The position numbers and the translations under genes were made by a program. A DNA stretch of 47,635 bases, from NCBI GenBank assembly GCA_964544385.1, contig CAZJCR010000004.1, forward strand, positions 363 through 47,997. Reading direction: 5' to 3'. The notes under the pieces were generated by a model, which saw only the letters and a list, made by a program, of their open reading frames with translations, was not told where the DNA came from and searched no databases. Within the stretch, counting starts at the first letter, position 1. Each line of letters opens with the position of its first letter. Shown one piece after another: positions 9,811 to 19,554 of this stretch. This DNA is from an uncultured Bacteroidales bacterium (GTDB taxonomy: Bacteria; Bacteroidota; Bacteroidia; Bacteroidales; SZUA-534).

Positions 9811-10893
9811 TTACTTAATTACCGATAACAAAGCATTCACCAAATTTTGTTGTTGTACCTCAACCGAGTAAGTTTTTTCAATTGTCTCGCGCCCTGCTTT
9901 GCCAAGCTTTTGGCGCAATTCGCCCGATTCAATAAGCATCGACAATTTATCTATCCACTCGTCGGCGGTAGTTGCCAAAAACCCATTCAGTCCATCGGTA
10001 ACTATTTCGGTATTAACCCCCACCGGCGACATTACCACAGGTTTTTGCAAAGCCATATATTGAATACCCTTAAATCCGCATTTTCCTTTGCTCCAATCGT
10101 CGTCGGGTAATGGCATAATACCAATATCAATACTGTTAAGGTCGTCAATTTCGGAACTACGCTCCCATTTTATACTTTTTATACCAAGCTCCGGGTTACT
10201 ATAATCAATATCGACAATTACCTTAAAAATAACTGTATTGCCATACTTAGCTTTTATTTTTTGTAAAATTGGAACAATAAGCTCAAAATGCTTTATGGTG
10301 GTTGAACTACCTGTCCAACCTATACAAATTTTACCATTATTGTTATAATTTTTACAAACATAATTTTGCAGGCTAATTGTTGTTGGAATAATAATAACAT
10401 TATTATTAAACATGTCAGCATAGCTTTTTAGATACTGGTTACCTACAATAACAAGGTTTGCAAACGATGCTATTTTACCAGTTTTTTGTGGTTTTTTAAG
10501 CCAGCTTAAATTATTGTTAGCTACCGAGGTATCGTTTAAAAAAATAGCATCATCAAAATCGTAAACAACAGGTACGTTTTTTTTTGCGATATGGCGCTCA
10601 AAAAAAGCATTTCCTAAAAAATGAGCCTCGCGATATATTAATATTACATCGTAATTTTTACATCGTAATAAATCGTATAACCTTATAATTGATGCTTTTA
10701 AACTAATTAAAGCTTTATTAAAATAGAAACCTTTTTTATATAGTATTTTGTCGTTGCGCCTGTTTATAACATACGAGTATGTAATATCGAACCCATGCGA
10801 CTCGAGAAAAGGCATAAACTGCTCGAACCTGAAACGTTGGCCAGGTGAACGCCCAGGCCTATGAGGTGCTATATATAAAAGTTTTTTTACCAA
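9811..10893 (-). CDS. Glycosyltransferase, GT4 / group 1 family
   Basis: C-terminal GT-B motifs (MPLPDDDWSKGKCGFKGIQYMALQKPVVMSPVGVNTEIV). Apparent TTG start (MVKKLLYIAPHRPGRSPGQR). Confidence 0.75.
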   Translation of the reverse strand: MVKKLLYIAPHRPGRSPGQRFRFEQFMPFLESHGFDITYSYVINRRNDKILYKKGFYFNKALISLKASIIRLYDLLRCKNYDVILIYREAHFLGNAFFERHIAKKNVPVVYDFDDAIFLNDTSVANNNLSWLKKPQKTGKIASFANLVIVGNQYLKSYADMFNNNVIIIPTTISLQNYVCKNYNNNGKICIGWTGSSTTIKHFELIVPILQKIKAKYGNTVIFKVIVDIDYSNPELGIKSIKWERSSEIDDLNSIDIGIMPLPDDDWSKGKCGFKGIQYMALQKPVVMSPVGVNTEIVTDGLNGFLATTADEWIDKLSMLIESGELRQKLGKAGRETIEKTYSVEVQQQNLVNALLSVIK

Positions 10894-10979
10894 TTTGCTT
10901 AATTTGACGATAAATATAAATATTAATTATTATGATTATTGCCATAGTACGAACCTTTTTAACCCGTATTTGTTTGTAA

Positions 10980-11121
10980 CCCAAATTGAGCGTTTCCCGC
11001 TCAATCGATTTAGATTTTGTAAATATTTCACTATACTTGGTTAATGAAACACAACAAAACTATATCGGGGTTAACCTAAAGTAAAGCATTTATTTGCTAC
11101 GCTTTAATCGCTTAACTTAGG
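10980..11121 (+). mobile_element. MITE-like repeat, copy B (full length, 142 bp)
   Basis: Ends CCCAAATTGAGCG ... CGCTTAACTTAGG. Flanked by a perfect 5-bp direct duplication, TGTAA at 10975-10979 and 11122-11126. Lies in a divergent intergenic region. Confidence 0.8.
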
Positions 11122-11203
11122 TGTAAGTACCAATAATATTTTTTTGCAAAATAACCTTTAATTATTTACATTTTTGCTACATGCAAAATTAAAACAAACA
11201 ATT

Positions 11204-11728
11204 ATGACAAAACAGATAAAAACATTAGGACTGGTTTTACTTGTATCGGTAATTTCGTGTTCATCAAAACCCGATAATATTGAAGTAGTTAAACCATTTG
11301 ACATTAATAAATATTTGGGAAAATGGTACGAGATAGCACGAATGGATTTACGCTTTGAACGTAACCTTAATAACACTACCGCGCAATACACTCTAAACAA
11401 TGATGGAACTATTAAGGTTGTTAACAGTGGTTATAATTACGTTACAAAACAAAACAAACAAGCCATTGGCAAAGCCAAATTAGTAGGGCTAAACGATGAA
11501 GCAAAACTTAAAGTATCGTTTTTTGGGCCATTTTACTCGGCTTATAACGTAATTGCTATTGACGCCCAATATAAATATGCTTTGGTTATGGGCAGTAGCA
11601 GTAAATATTTATGGATACTATCGCGCGAAAAAACAATTCCAGCAACAATTAAAGAGCAATATGTTAAAATTGCAGCAAGTTATGGTGCCAATACCGATGC
11701 TTTTATTTGGGTTGAACACAATAATTAA
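11204..11728 (+). CDS. blc: Lipocalin-family outer-membrane lipoprotein (Blc-like)
   Basis: Lipobox LLVSVISCSS and the lipocalin signature KYLGKWYEIARMDLRFERN. I prefer the ATG at 11204 (MTKQIKTLGL) over the track TTG at 11174. Confidence 0.8.
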   Translation: MTKQIKTLGLVLLVSVISCSSKPDNIEVVKPFDINKYLGKWYEIARMDLRFERNLNNTTAQYTLNNDGTIKVVNSGYNYVTKQNKQAIGKAKLVGLNDEAKLKVSFFGPFYSAYNVIAIDAQYKYALVMGSSSKYLWILSREKTIPATIKEQYVKIAASYGANTDAFIWVEHNN

Positions 11729-11831
11729 CAAGCTTAACAACAAATTGCGTATATAAACAATTGATATACTTTTGCTTACAATTAATGAGCTTTTTTTTGT
11801 AATAATTATTTGGAGCAAAACATTTTTTGTT

Positions 11832-11839
11832 TACTTTTG
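11832..11839 (+). promoter_or_regulatory. Bacteroidota-type -7 box TACTTTTG upstream of tRNA-Phe
   Basis: TAnnTTTG match 20 nt before the tRNA 5' end, with a TTG at 11810-11812 (19-bp spacing, suitable for a -33 element). A second TACTTTTG lies at 11767-11774. Confidence 0.6.
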
Positions 11840-11859
11840 CATCGCTCTTAAGCAAACAG

Positions 11860-11932
<73 letters not shown>

Positions 11933-11937
11933 CTGGC

Positions 11938-11978
11938 AAAAACCGTTTACATTTATTTGTAAACGGTTTTTTGTTTTT
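11938..11978 (+). terminator. Rho-independent terminator after tRNA-Phe
   Basis: AAAACCGTTTACA-TTTATT-TGTAAACGGTTTT followed by TTGTTTTT. Confidence 0.8.
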
Positions 11979-12090
11979 ATACCCAAATTTTTTACTAAAT
12001 ATTATTAAAATATAGTTTTATTAAAAGCGTTAATTAACTTTAACCACTAATAACTGGCATATTTAAACAAAACCTTTAATAATTATAATA

Positions 12091-12486
12091 ATGAAAAAAA
12101 GTATTTTATCAATAATTTTTTTAATAGCAATATCGACAATTGTATTTGCACAGGAACAAGCACCAGGCGCGAAAAAAGTCAGGGTTATGGAACAAAAGTA
12201 CACAAAAGGCGACGACAGCCCCGAAATTGACTCGGAAGCTACTTTTGATGCAAATGGAAATATTATTGAAGAGGTTAAATTTAAAGATGGCAAAATTGAC
12301 AGCAAAGTAACTTACAAATTTGACGAAAAAGGCAACAAAATTAGCGAAACAAAAACCGATAAAACAGGCAAAATTTACGAGATTATTGAATATAAATATA
12401 ATAACAACCTGCGCGTTGAAAAACTTGAATACGACGGCAAAAAGAAACTTATTAAACGCAAAGTATACGAATACGAGATGCGGTAA
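12091..12486 (+). CDS. Hypothetical secreted protein with short Lys/Gly-rich beta-hairpin-like repeats
   Basis: Signal peptide IIFLIAISTIVFAQ. Repeated pattern of the type DANGNIIEEVKFKDGKIDSKVTYKFDEKGNKISE. Confidence 0.5.
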   Translation: MKKSILSIIFLIAISTIVFAQEQAPGAKKVRVMEQKYTKGDDSPEIDSEATFDANGNIIEEVKFKDGKIDSKVTYKFDEKGNKISETKTDKTGKIYEIIEYKYNNNLRVEKLEYDGKKKLIKRKVYEYEMR

Positions 12487-12530
12487 TTATTGTTTATAGC
12501 ATTTACAACATAAAACATAATGACGGTAAC

Positions 12531-13079
12531 ATGCCAAACATAAACAATAAAAAAATAATATTAGTATTTGCGCTAATATTTACAATTAGCAGTTACGCTC
12601 AAATACTTATACCTAAAAAAGATTACGTTCCCGAGATACGCTATGCAAGATACTCGTTTACAATATCATTAACATCGGGGGCAAATAGTTCGCCAATAAC
12701 TTTTGGCATTTATTGCCAGGCTCCCGACAGTAGTGTTGAAGTTATTTTTTTAAATAAAGACTCGTTTATACGTCAATTTTGTGGATTTGAAGACTCAAAA
12801 GCCAACCCCGACAAAATTAATTATTGCGACGAGTATAAAATAAACCCATCGGTTTTCAATAATTTATGGAAACTAAAGTACGCCCAATACCCGTTCGACG
12901 ATAGCAATGAAACCGGCTGGGGAACTAAAACCGGCACACCATCGAGTCAACAGTTTACCTTATTGTCGGAGTTTGGTATAACCAATTTATCGGAACATTG
13001 TTATGGACATAACCTTATACGCTTGTTTAAAAGTGTCGACAATGCAGCATGGGTTGGCAAATATATGCAGTTAAAATAG
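12531..13079 (+). CDS. Hypothetical secreted protein
   Basis: Signal peptide LVFALIFTISSYAQ. No motif recognised. Confidence 0.45.
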   Translation: MPNINNKKIILVFALIFTISSYAQILIPKKDYVPEIRYARYSFTISLTSGANSSPITFGIYCQAPDSSVEVIFLNKDSFIRQFCGFEDSKANPDKINYCDEYKINPSVFNNLWKLKYAQYPFDDSNETGWGTKTGTPSSQQFTLLSEFGITNLSEHCYGHNLIRLFKSVDNAAWVGKYMQLK

Positions 13080-13080
13080 G

Positions 13081-13443
13081 CTATTTAAGATTTGAACGTT
13101 GGTCCAACAGTTTATTAATTTCGGCCTCGGTTAGCGATTCATTTTTAAGTAAAGTATCAATCGCATCGAGTTTATTATTATCGGGAGTATAATAGTAAAG
13201 CTCTGCTTTAAGTTGTTCAACCATTCCGGTAAGCAAAGTTTTAAGCGGGCCGCCAACCTCCTCAATAAAATTTTCGGGCACCACTTTTTTCATCGATTCG
13301 TACTGGTTTGCAAGTTGCTCAAAATTGTCAAAAAGCTGTTCGTCTTTAATATATGCACCATCGGCAACAGCTTTATTTTTAAGCTGTTTAAAAAGCCCTA
13401 TTAATTCGTCAAGTTGGCCAATAAATGTATTATCGTTAGTCAT
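13081..13443 (-). CDS. Hypothetical protein (predicted all-helical, acidic)
   Basis: 120-aa ORF with an ATG start, no signal peptide and no motif. Confidence 0.45.
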   Translation of the reverse strand: MTNDNTFIGQLDELIGLFKQLKNKAVADGAYIKDEQLFDNFEQLANQYESMKKVVPENFIEEVGGPLKTLLTGMVEQLKAELYYYTPDNNKLDAIDTLLKNESLTEAEINKLLDQRSNLK

Positions 13444-13579
13444 AATAACTAAAAAAATTATTTGTTTTATTAAATAACAGTTAACAATGTATAATTGTTA
13501 CTATTGTTATAATTAATATTAAAACAATATGAATTAAATTGCAGCCATAAATTTAATTTTTTAATTAACACATAACAAA

Positions 13580-14122
13580 ATGAGCAAGAAACTATTATTA
13601 GCAGTTATATTGTTTTTAGGGGCTATAGTAAGTAATGCACAAGTATTTTCAACTTCGGCAACACTTAAAAAGGGGAGTTTTAGTGTTGGCATACATCCAA
13701 CATTACTTGCATCGGGGTCCACCCATTTTATTTTGTTTGCCCGTGGCGGGTATGGTTTAACAAAAGGCATTGACCTTGATGTAAAATTGGGTGTTTTAGG
13801 CCCCGGTAACACTTATGTAGGTGCCGATATTGAGTTTGCAATGAACAAGTATGTGTCGGTTAGTGCCGGTGCACACAATTGGGGCACATTTGGTTTAGAT
13901 GGTTCGGTACTTGCAACATTTGCAATGCGCAAAAATGTTAACTTTTACACCGGTTTAGATGCCGATATTAATTTTGCCGACGATGTTGAATTTCCGCTTT
14001 GGCTGCCACTTGGGTTCGAAATTGGCCTTAAAAAAGGGCTATCGTTTATGTTCGAGGCCGATGTTAATTTAACCAACAACAACTACCACCTTATTAGCGG
14101 AGGCGTTAACCTTTATTTTTAA
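13580..14122 (+). CDS. Small outer-membrane beta-barrel protein, hypothetical
   Basis: Signal peptide AVILFLGAIVSNAQ, Gly-rich alternating strands, and a C-terminal aromatic residue (GGVNLYF) typical of OMPs. Confidence 0.55.
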   Translation: MSKKLLLAVILFLGAIVSNAQVFSTSATLKKGSFSVGIHPTLLASGSTHFILFARGGYGLTKGIDLDVKLGVLGPGNTYVGADIEFAMNKYVSVSAGAHNWGTFGLDGSVLATFAMRKNVNFYTGLDADINFADDVEFPLWLPLGFEIGLKKGLSFMFEADVNLTNNNYHLISGGVNLYF

Positions 14123-14144
14123 AACAACAAATTAAATTAATATA

Positions 14145-14183
14145 AAACCCTGCAAACAAAGTAAATATGTTTGCAGGGTTTTT
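14145..14183 (+). terminator. Rho-independent terminator
   Basis: AAAACCCTGCAAACA-AAGTAAATA-TGTTTGCAGGGTTTTT, 22 nt after the stop at 14122. Confidence 0.8.
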
Positions 14184-14191
14184 ATATTTAA

Positions 14192-14225
14192 TCAAAATTG
14201 AGTCTTTAGCTTAATTGGCTTAATT
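14192..14225 (+). repeat. Possible degenerate minimal MITE-like hairpin (copy L)
   Basis: TCAAAATTGAGTCTTTAGCTTAATTGG resembles the minimal form ACCAAAATTGAGCGTTTAGCTCAACTTAG at 39982. Downstream, CATCGGGGTAACCC resembles the internal CATCGGGGTTAACC of copy B. Confidence 0.3.
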
Positions 14226-14373
14226 TTTAATAAACATTAAAAATAACCTCCATCGGGGTAACCCATATTGTTACTATAAACAATTAACTTATTTATAAAA
14301 CATAAAACCTGTAGTTTTTAAACAACAGGCCAATAAGCATTGTTTTACATCAAAAAAAAAACAATTAACCCCA

Positions 14374-17300
14374 ATGGACAAGAACAATAATTATTGCAGG
14401 CCTGCTGAAAATAACAGCATCGATAATAATATTGTAAACAACAATTATACAAGCCCAAACGAATTTAACAACCAATATTTTGAAAATATTTTGGGGCAAA
14501 TTAACCATGTTGTTTTTGAAATTGACAACCTGGGAAATATTAAATATATAAACAGCTATGTTACTAAGCTTACAGGTTACACCACCAATGAACTTATTGG
14601 CATAAACATTAACAACCTGATATTTGAATCGTACAAAACAAATTTTATTAATAATATACTCACCAACACCGATGCCGTTAAATTAACTCACGAGATAAGG
14701 TTATTAGACAAAACCGAAAACTACTGTTGGGTAGCGTTAAAATTACAACCAACACAAAACAACGCAACTATTACCGGGGCAATTGGAACTATAACAAATA
14801 TTAGTAACACAAAATTATTACACGATAACCTTAAATATAAAATTGAAGAACTTGAAAAATTTATAGATACATCGCCCGATTTTTTGTGTATTTGCGATAT
14901 CCACCTTAATTTTTTAAGGGTAAACAAAACCTGGGAGGACTTTTTTGGACAACCAAAAAACAAACTTGAACACACCCAGTTTACAAATTTTATACACCCC
15001 GACGACCTTAAAGGAACAATTAACATTTTTGGCGAATTAGCTAAACAACGGCCTATAAACAATTTTGTTAACCGCCTTTTAGGGCACGACAACAAATACC
15101 ATGTTATTGAATGGCACGCTAAACCTTTTGGCGAACTAATATACGTGTCGGCAAGCAACATAACCGTACGTAAATATGCCGAAGATTTTGAATACGAATT
15201 GCTTAAACTATCGTCGAAACTGGCAGCCACACCGCACGGGCAAAAAAAAGACGGGCTTAACACAGCCCTTAAAAGCATTGGCGAATTTTTAAATACCGAC
15301 AGGATTTACGTGTTCGAGTTTGACAACAAAAAAACAACAATGACAAACACATACGAATGGTGCAATAAAAACATTGAACCCCAAATTGACAACCTGAAAT
15401 TATTGCAGTGCGACAAACTTAAAAAATGGACCGAAACACTTGAAAACAAGCAGGCAATAATAATTCCTGTGGTTTCAAAACTACCCGACGATTGGACATA
15501 CGAACGCCAATTACTTGAGCAACAAAAAATTAAGTCGGTAATTGTTTTCCCAATTCATAACAATAATAATTTAACCGGCTTTGTTGGTATCGACTCGGTT
15601 ACAAATTATAAAGAATATACCCCCGATGAAATTAGTTATCTGAAAATTTGGAGCAGTATGATATCGGGAATAATTGCAAGCGAACGAGGCGAAGCCCGTT
15701 TAAACCAAACAAGAGCAAACTACGAGAACCTTTTTAATAATATCGACGATTTTTTGGTTATAATAAATATAGATGGAAATATAATTCACCATAATAATAC
15801 TGTAACACGTAAACTTGGATACAACAACCACGAGATTTTTGGTAAACATTTAACAGTATTATATAATAACGAATTTTATAACGATGTTATTAACAAAATT
15901 GAAACCACTAAAACCACGCAAACTGTAAGTTATGCCATACCATTAAAAACAAAAACCGGCGAACTTATAACTGTCGAAACAAAACTACAACACGGCAATT
16001 GGGACGATAATAAAGCCATAATATGCATAAGCAAAGACGTGTCGAAACTTGTACTGTCGGAACAAAAATTCCATGCAGCATTTCACTCAAACTCGGCCTT
16101 AATATTAATAACCGATTTTTATACAGGCCGCTTTATCGATGTAAATAAAAGCCTTATAAAAACTTTAGAATACAGCTATAATGAGCTTGTTGGCAAAACT
16201 GCCGACGAACTAAACATATTAGTTGACATATATAACCGCAACATAATTGCCGACAGGCTCAGTAATAATATACCGTTACAAGAATTCGAGATGAAATTAC
16301 GCTCGAAAAGTGGTAAAATAATTACCGGTTTATTAGCCACTAATACAATTTTTGTAGGCGGCACAAAATGCTTACTAACTGTTATAGTTGATATTACCGA
16401 CCGCAAAAATGCCGAAGAAGAGATAAAAATTGCCCGACACCAGGCCGAAACTGCAAATATGGCAAAAAGCGAGTTTCTATCGCGAATGAGCCACGAGTTA
16501 CGTACACCCATGAACTCGATATTAGGTTTTGCACAGCTATTACAAATTGAACAACTAACCCAACGCCAGAAAAAAAATGTAGATAACATATTGCGTAGCG
16601 GTAAACTTTTACTACACCTTATTAACGAAGTACTCGACATTTCGAAAATTGAGGCAGGCGAGTTGTCACTATCGATTGAAAACATTGATATTAACAATGT
16701 TGTTGCCGAAATTATCGAACTACTAAAACCATTGGCATCAAAAAATTCGATAACTATAAACCTAATGACACAAACAGAGGTAAAACTTTTTGCAAAAGCC
16801 GATTTGCAACGTACTAAACAAATTGTTATTAATTTATTAAACAATGCCATAAAATACAACAAGCCAAATGGCAATATTACTATCGAAACCGCATTAACTT
16901 ACAGCAACTTATGCAATTATAACCTAGTTAAAATAATAATTACCGATACAGGTTATGGCATTAACCCCGACGACTTACAAAAACTTTTTAAACCATTTGA
17001 ACGCGTTGGTTCAAACAATACAACCGTTGAAGGCACTGGGCTGGGCCTTGCTGTTGTTAAAAAAATTACCGAGGCTATGGGCGGGCACACAGGTGTTGAA
17101 AGCATACCGGGCAAAGGAAGCTCGTTTTGGGTTGAGTTGCCACACTCCCAAATTGGTAACAACAAAAATTACAGTAATACACAGGTATTAATTAATAAAC
17201 CCGACGTAATTAACTACAACGCCAAAATTGTAATTGCCGAAGATAACATGCAAAACATCGACCTTATTAATCAAATATTAGCCAATTACAGGCCGCAAAT

Positions 17301-17598
17301 TCAGGTTTTTACCACCCCTAACGGATACCATGCAGTAAATTTATGCTTAAAACACAAACCCGGACTGGTTTTACTCGACAATAACCTTATTGGGATTAAC
17401 GCCGACAAAGTTATTGAACAACTGGCCAAAAATAACGATACTAAAAACATTCCCATAATTATTATAAGTGCCAACGCAATTAAAGCCGAACGCGAAAAAC
17501 TTTTTATACTTGGTATTAAAGATTACATAACTAAACCTTTTGACATTATTAAACTATTGCATGTTATTGACAATTATTTAATTAAACCAATAAACTAA
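14374..17598 (+). CDS. Hybrid sensor histidine kinase / response regulator with multiple PAS and a GAF-like segment
   Basis: H-box MSHELRTPMNSILGF, N-box LLNNAIKYNKPNG, G-boxes DTGYGI and GTGLGLAVVK. C-terminal receiver (KIVIAEDN..LVLLDNNL..ITKPFD). 1074 aa. Confidence 0.85.
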   Translation: MDKNNNYCRPAENNSIDNNIVNNNYTSPNEFNNQYFENILGQINHVVFEIDNLGNIKYINSYVTKLTGYTTNELIGININNLIFESYKTNFINNILTNTDAVKLTHEIRLLDKTENYCWVALKLQPTQNNATITGAIGTITNISNTKLLHDNLKYKIEELEKFIDTSPDFLCICDIHLNFLRVNKTWEDFFGQPKNKLEHTQFTNFIHPDDLKGTINIFGELAKQRPINNFVNRLLGHDNKYHVIEWHAKPFGELIYVSASNITVRKYAEDFEYELLKLSSKLAATPHGQKKDGLNTALKSIGEFLNTDRIYVFEFDNKKTTMTNTYEWCNKNIEPQIDNLKLLQCDKLKKWTETLENKQAIIIPVVSKLPDDWTYERQLLEQQKIKSVIVFPIHNNNNLTGFVGIDSVTNYKEYTPDEISYLKIWSSMISGIIASERGEARLNQTRANYENLFNNIDDFLVIINIDGNIIHHNNTVTRKLGYNNHEIFGKHLTVLYNNEFYNDVINKIETTKTTQTVSYAIPLKTKTGELITVETKLQHGNWDDNKAIICISKDVSKLVLSEQKFHAAFHSNSALILITDFYTGRFIDVNKSLIKTLEYSYNELVGKTADELNILVDIYNRNIIADRLSNNIPLQEFEMKLRSKSGKIITGLLATNTIFVGGTKCLLTVIVDITDRKNAEEEIKIARHQAETANMAKSEFLSRMSHELRTPMNSILGFAQLLQIEQLTQRQKKNVDNILRSGKLLLHLINEVLDISKIEAGELSLSIENIDINNVVAEIIELLKPLASKNSITINLMTQTEVKLFAKADLQRTKQIVINLLNNAIKYNKPNGNITIETALTYSNLCNYNLVKIIITDTGYGINPDDLQKLFKPFERVGSNNTTVEGTGLGLAVVKKITEAMGGHTGVESIPGKGSSFWVELPHSQIGNNKNYSNTQVLINKPDVINYNAKIVIAEDNMQNIDLINQILANYRPQIQVFTTPNGYHAVNLCLKHKPGLVLLDNNLIGINADKVIEQLAKNNDTKNIPIIIISANAIKAEREKLFILGIKDYITKPFDIIKLLHVIDNYLIKPIN

Positions 17599-17614
17599 CC
17601 CAAAATAAATTTTT

Positions 17615-18448
17615 ATGATAAACAACGATAACTTAAAAAGTGCCAATATTTTAATAATCGACGACCAATATATAAATATTGAAGTACTCGAAGGATTTTT
17701 TGAGATTCAGGGATACCACAATGTTAAAAGCATTGACGACCCCAGGGTTTTTCAAACCGTTTTTGAGAAATTTTGCCCCGATATTATTCTACTCGACCTT
17801 ACTATGCCATATTTTTCGGGGTACGATATTATTAACGAGATAAAAAAAACAAATACCAACAACATATTTTTACCTGTTTTGGTACTAACTGCCGACGTTT
17901 CGTCCGAATCGAAAAAAAAAGCTCTTGCCGCCGGTGCAACCGATTTTTTAACTAAACCATACGATTTAATAGAAGTGGGTTTGCGAGTAAATAACCTACT
18001 TTTTACACGCTTTTTACACAAAAACCTTAACAACGATTATTCAAAACTTGAACAAAAACTTAACGAATGTAAAACACAACCAAAAATATTAAACACCAAC
18101 ATTACCAACAAAACAAATATTTGCGAATTAATTGTTGACAATTTACACGACACTACAATTTTAGTCGAGAAATGCGAAAACAAATGCAAAATTGTTTTTT
18201 TTAACAAAGCTGCATCACAACAATTTAGCTCCTTAAAAACCGACGAATATATTTACGAATGTTTACCGCCCCACACCTCGGGTTTAATTAGCCAAAACGC
18301 TTTACAATGCATTGAACAAAACAAATATATTACATTAAAAAACAATAATTATTTACATAAATACGTACCAATAAATAACCTGCCAACAATATATAAATAT
18401 GCACTAATAACTATTACCCAAATTGAGCTATTCGCTCAATCGATATAG
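17615..18448 (+). CDS. Response regulator receiver protein with uncharacterised ~130-aa C-terminal region
   Basis: Receiver motifs ILIIDDQ, IILLDLTMP, VLVLTAD, FLTKPYD. No HTH recognisable. The last 10 codons plus the stop (TQIELFAQSI*) are encoded by repeat copy C. Confidence 0.8.
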   Translation: MINNDNLKSANILIIDDQYINIEVLEGFFEIQGYHNVKSIDDPRVFQTVFEKFCPDIILLDLTMPYFSGYDIINEIKKTNTNNIFLPVLVLTADVSSESKKKALAAGATDFLTKPYDLIEVGLRVNNLLFTRFLHKNLNNDYSKLEQKLNECKTQPKILNTNITNKTNICELIVDNLHDTTILVEKCENKCKIVFFNKAASQQFSSLKTDEYIYECLPPHTSGLISQNALQCIEQNKYITLKNNNYLHKYVPINNLPTIYKYALITITQIELFAQSI

Positions 18449-18483
18449 AGTTTGTTCGCTTAGCTCCAACCGCTCAACTTAGG
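18417..18483 (+). mobile_element. MITE-like repeat, copy C (internally deleted, 67 bp)
   Basis: CCCAAATTGAGCTATTCGCTCAATCGAT joined to ATAGAGTTTGTTCGCTTAGCTCCAACCGCTCAACTTAGG. Flanks are TATTA (18412-18416) and CATTA (18484-18488). Confidence 0.75.
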
Positions 18484-18583
18484 CATTAGCAAACAATAAA
18501 TTTAACAATATTCAATACAAATCGTTTTCAAAAAAAGTAGCTTTATTTTATAATACTGCAAGTATAAACCAACAATTATTTAT

Positions 18584-18591
18584 TAATTTTG
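18584..18591 (+). promoter_or_regulatory. Candidate -7 box TAATTTTG
   Basis: TAnnTTTG match 44 nt upstream of the ATG at 18635. Confidence 0.35.
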
Positions 18592-18634
18592 ATTTTATTT
18601 ACATAATACTAATTACAAATAAAGCCATACTATA

Positions 18635-19399
18635 ATGAAAACATTTTTAAAAAATCAGTTAATTGTAATAATAGCTTTATTATTAACAGGTTGTTTAAAA
18701 AACGAACCTACCACAATAAGCTATTACAGTTTTGCTACTTTTAAAGACACAACCAGTACAATAGGTTACTACATAAAGCTCGACAATAAAAACATACTCG
18801 AACCAAACAACAGAATAACTTACAACGATTCAATAGTAAACAATTCGCGCGTTGTGGCAACTTACAATTTTATATCGTCAGACAGTAATGCCACAAATGT
18901 TAAATACAAAGTAGAAATGTTGAAACTCGAACCCATTTACACTAAAAATATTACGCAGTTAACAAACCAAAATGCCGACAGCATTGGCAACGACCCTATC
19001 AATATTATTAACGATAATATTTGGGTTACCGATAATTATCTTAACGTAATATATGGCTTTGTTGGCGGATCATCGATACATTACATAAACCTTGTAATAC
19101 CCGATTCGGCCAAAACCGACACACTTAACCAGCCTATACTCGAATTCAGGCACAACAGAAATAACGACTGGGCATCGTACAATTACTCGTACATAATTGC
19201 TTTTAAACTCGACCAACTTGAACAACCCGGTGCCGACAGTACTAATTTTATTTTTAAATGGATTAATTACGATAACGATACCTGCCAAAAAATACTTACA
19301 GTTTATTTTAATAACACACAACAAAAAAAGGCCATTAACCAACACCAAATTGTTAAATTGCCTGATACCGAAATATTTAAAAACAACCTTGTAAGGTAA
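18635..19399 (+). CDS. Lipoprotein, NigD-like (putative)
   Basis: Lipobox LLLTGC. Two-domain layout with YYIKLDNKNILEPNN...SRVVATYNF and NYLNVIYGFVGGSSIHYINLV...LEFRHNRNND recalls NigD_N/NigD_C. This is from memory and unverified. Confidence 0.45.
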   Translation: MKTFLKNQLIVIIALLLTGCLKNEPTTISYYSFATFKDTTSTIGYYIKLDNKNILEPNNRITYNDSIVNNSRVVATYNFISSDSNATNVKYKVEMLKLEPIYTKNITQLTNQNADSIGNDPINIINDNIWVTDNYLNVIYGFVGGSSIHYINLVIPDSAKTDTLNQPILEFRHNRNNDWASYNYSYIIAFKLDQLEQPGADSTNFIFKWINYDNDTCQKILTVYFNNTQQKKAINQHQIVKLPDTEIFKNNLVR

Positions 19400-19503
19400 T
19401 AATACAACGGTAACTTTAGCATGTAAATATGTAAAATATTGTATTTTACCGATTTTAAATACCTTTTAGCCGATATTACATTTGCAATAACACCTTATAC
19501 TAT

Positions 19504-19511
19504 TACTTTTG
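19504..19511 (+). promoter_or_regulatory. Candidate -7 box TACTTTTG
   Basis: TAnnTTTG match 44 nt upstream of the ATG at 19555. Confidence 0.4.
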
Positions 19512-19554
19512 GTATAGCAAATTAATATTGGGTAAAAATTAAAATAAAATTATT

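Noticed and set aside
11933-14373. An integrated element at tRNA-Phe with an att duplication.
   Set aside because: No repeat of the tRNA 3' end (GGTTCGATCCCGAGTGGCACCA) and no integrase or recombinase gene appear downstream. It is kept only as a low-interest note.
16176-16874. 232-aa antisense ORF inside the hybrid kinase. Similar long antisense ORFs lie at 14721-15278, 2770-3246, 30560-30952 and 36706-37074.
   Set aside because: Each is fully embedded opposite a gene with strong family motifs. The products are low-complexity and Ser/Cys/Phe/Ile-rich with no motifs. They are typical shadow ORFs in AT-rich DNA.
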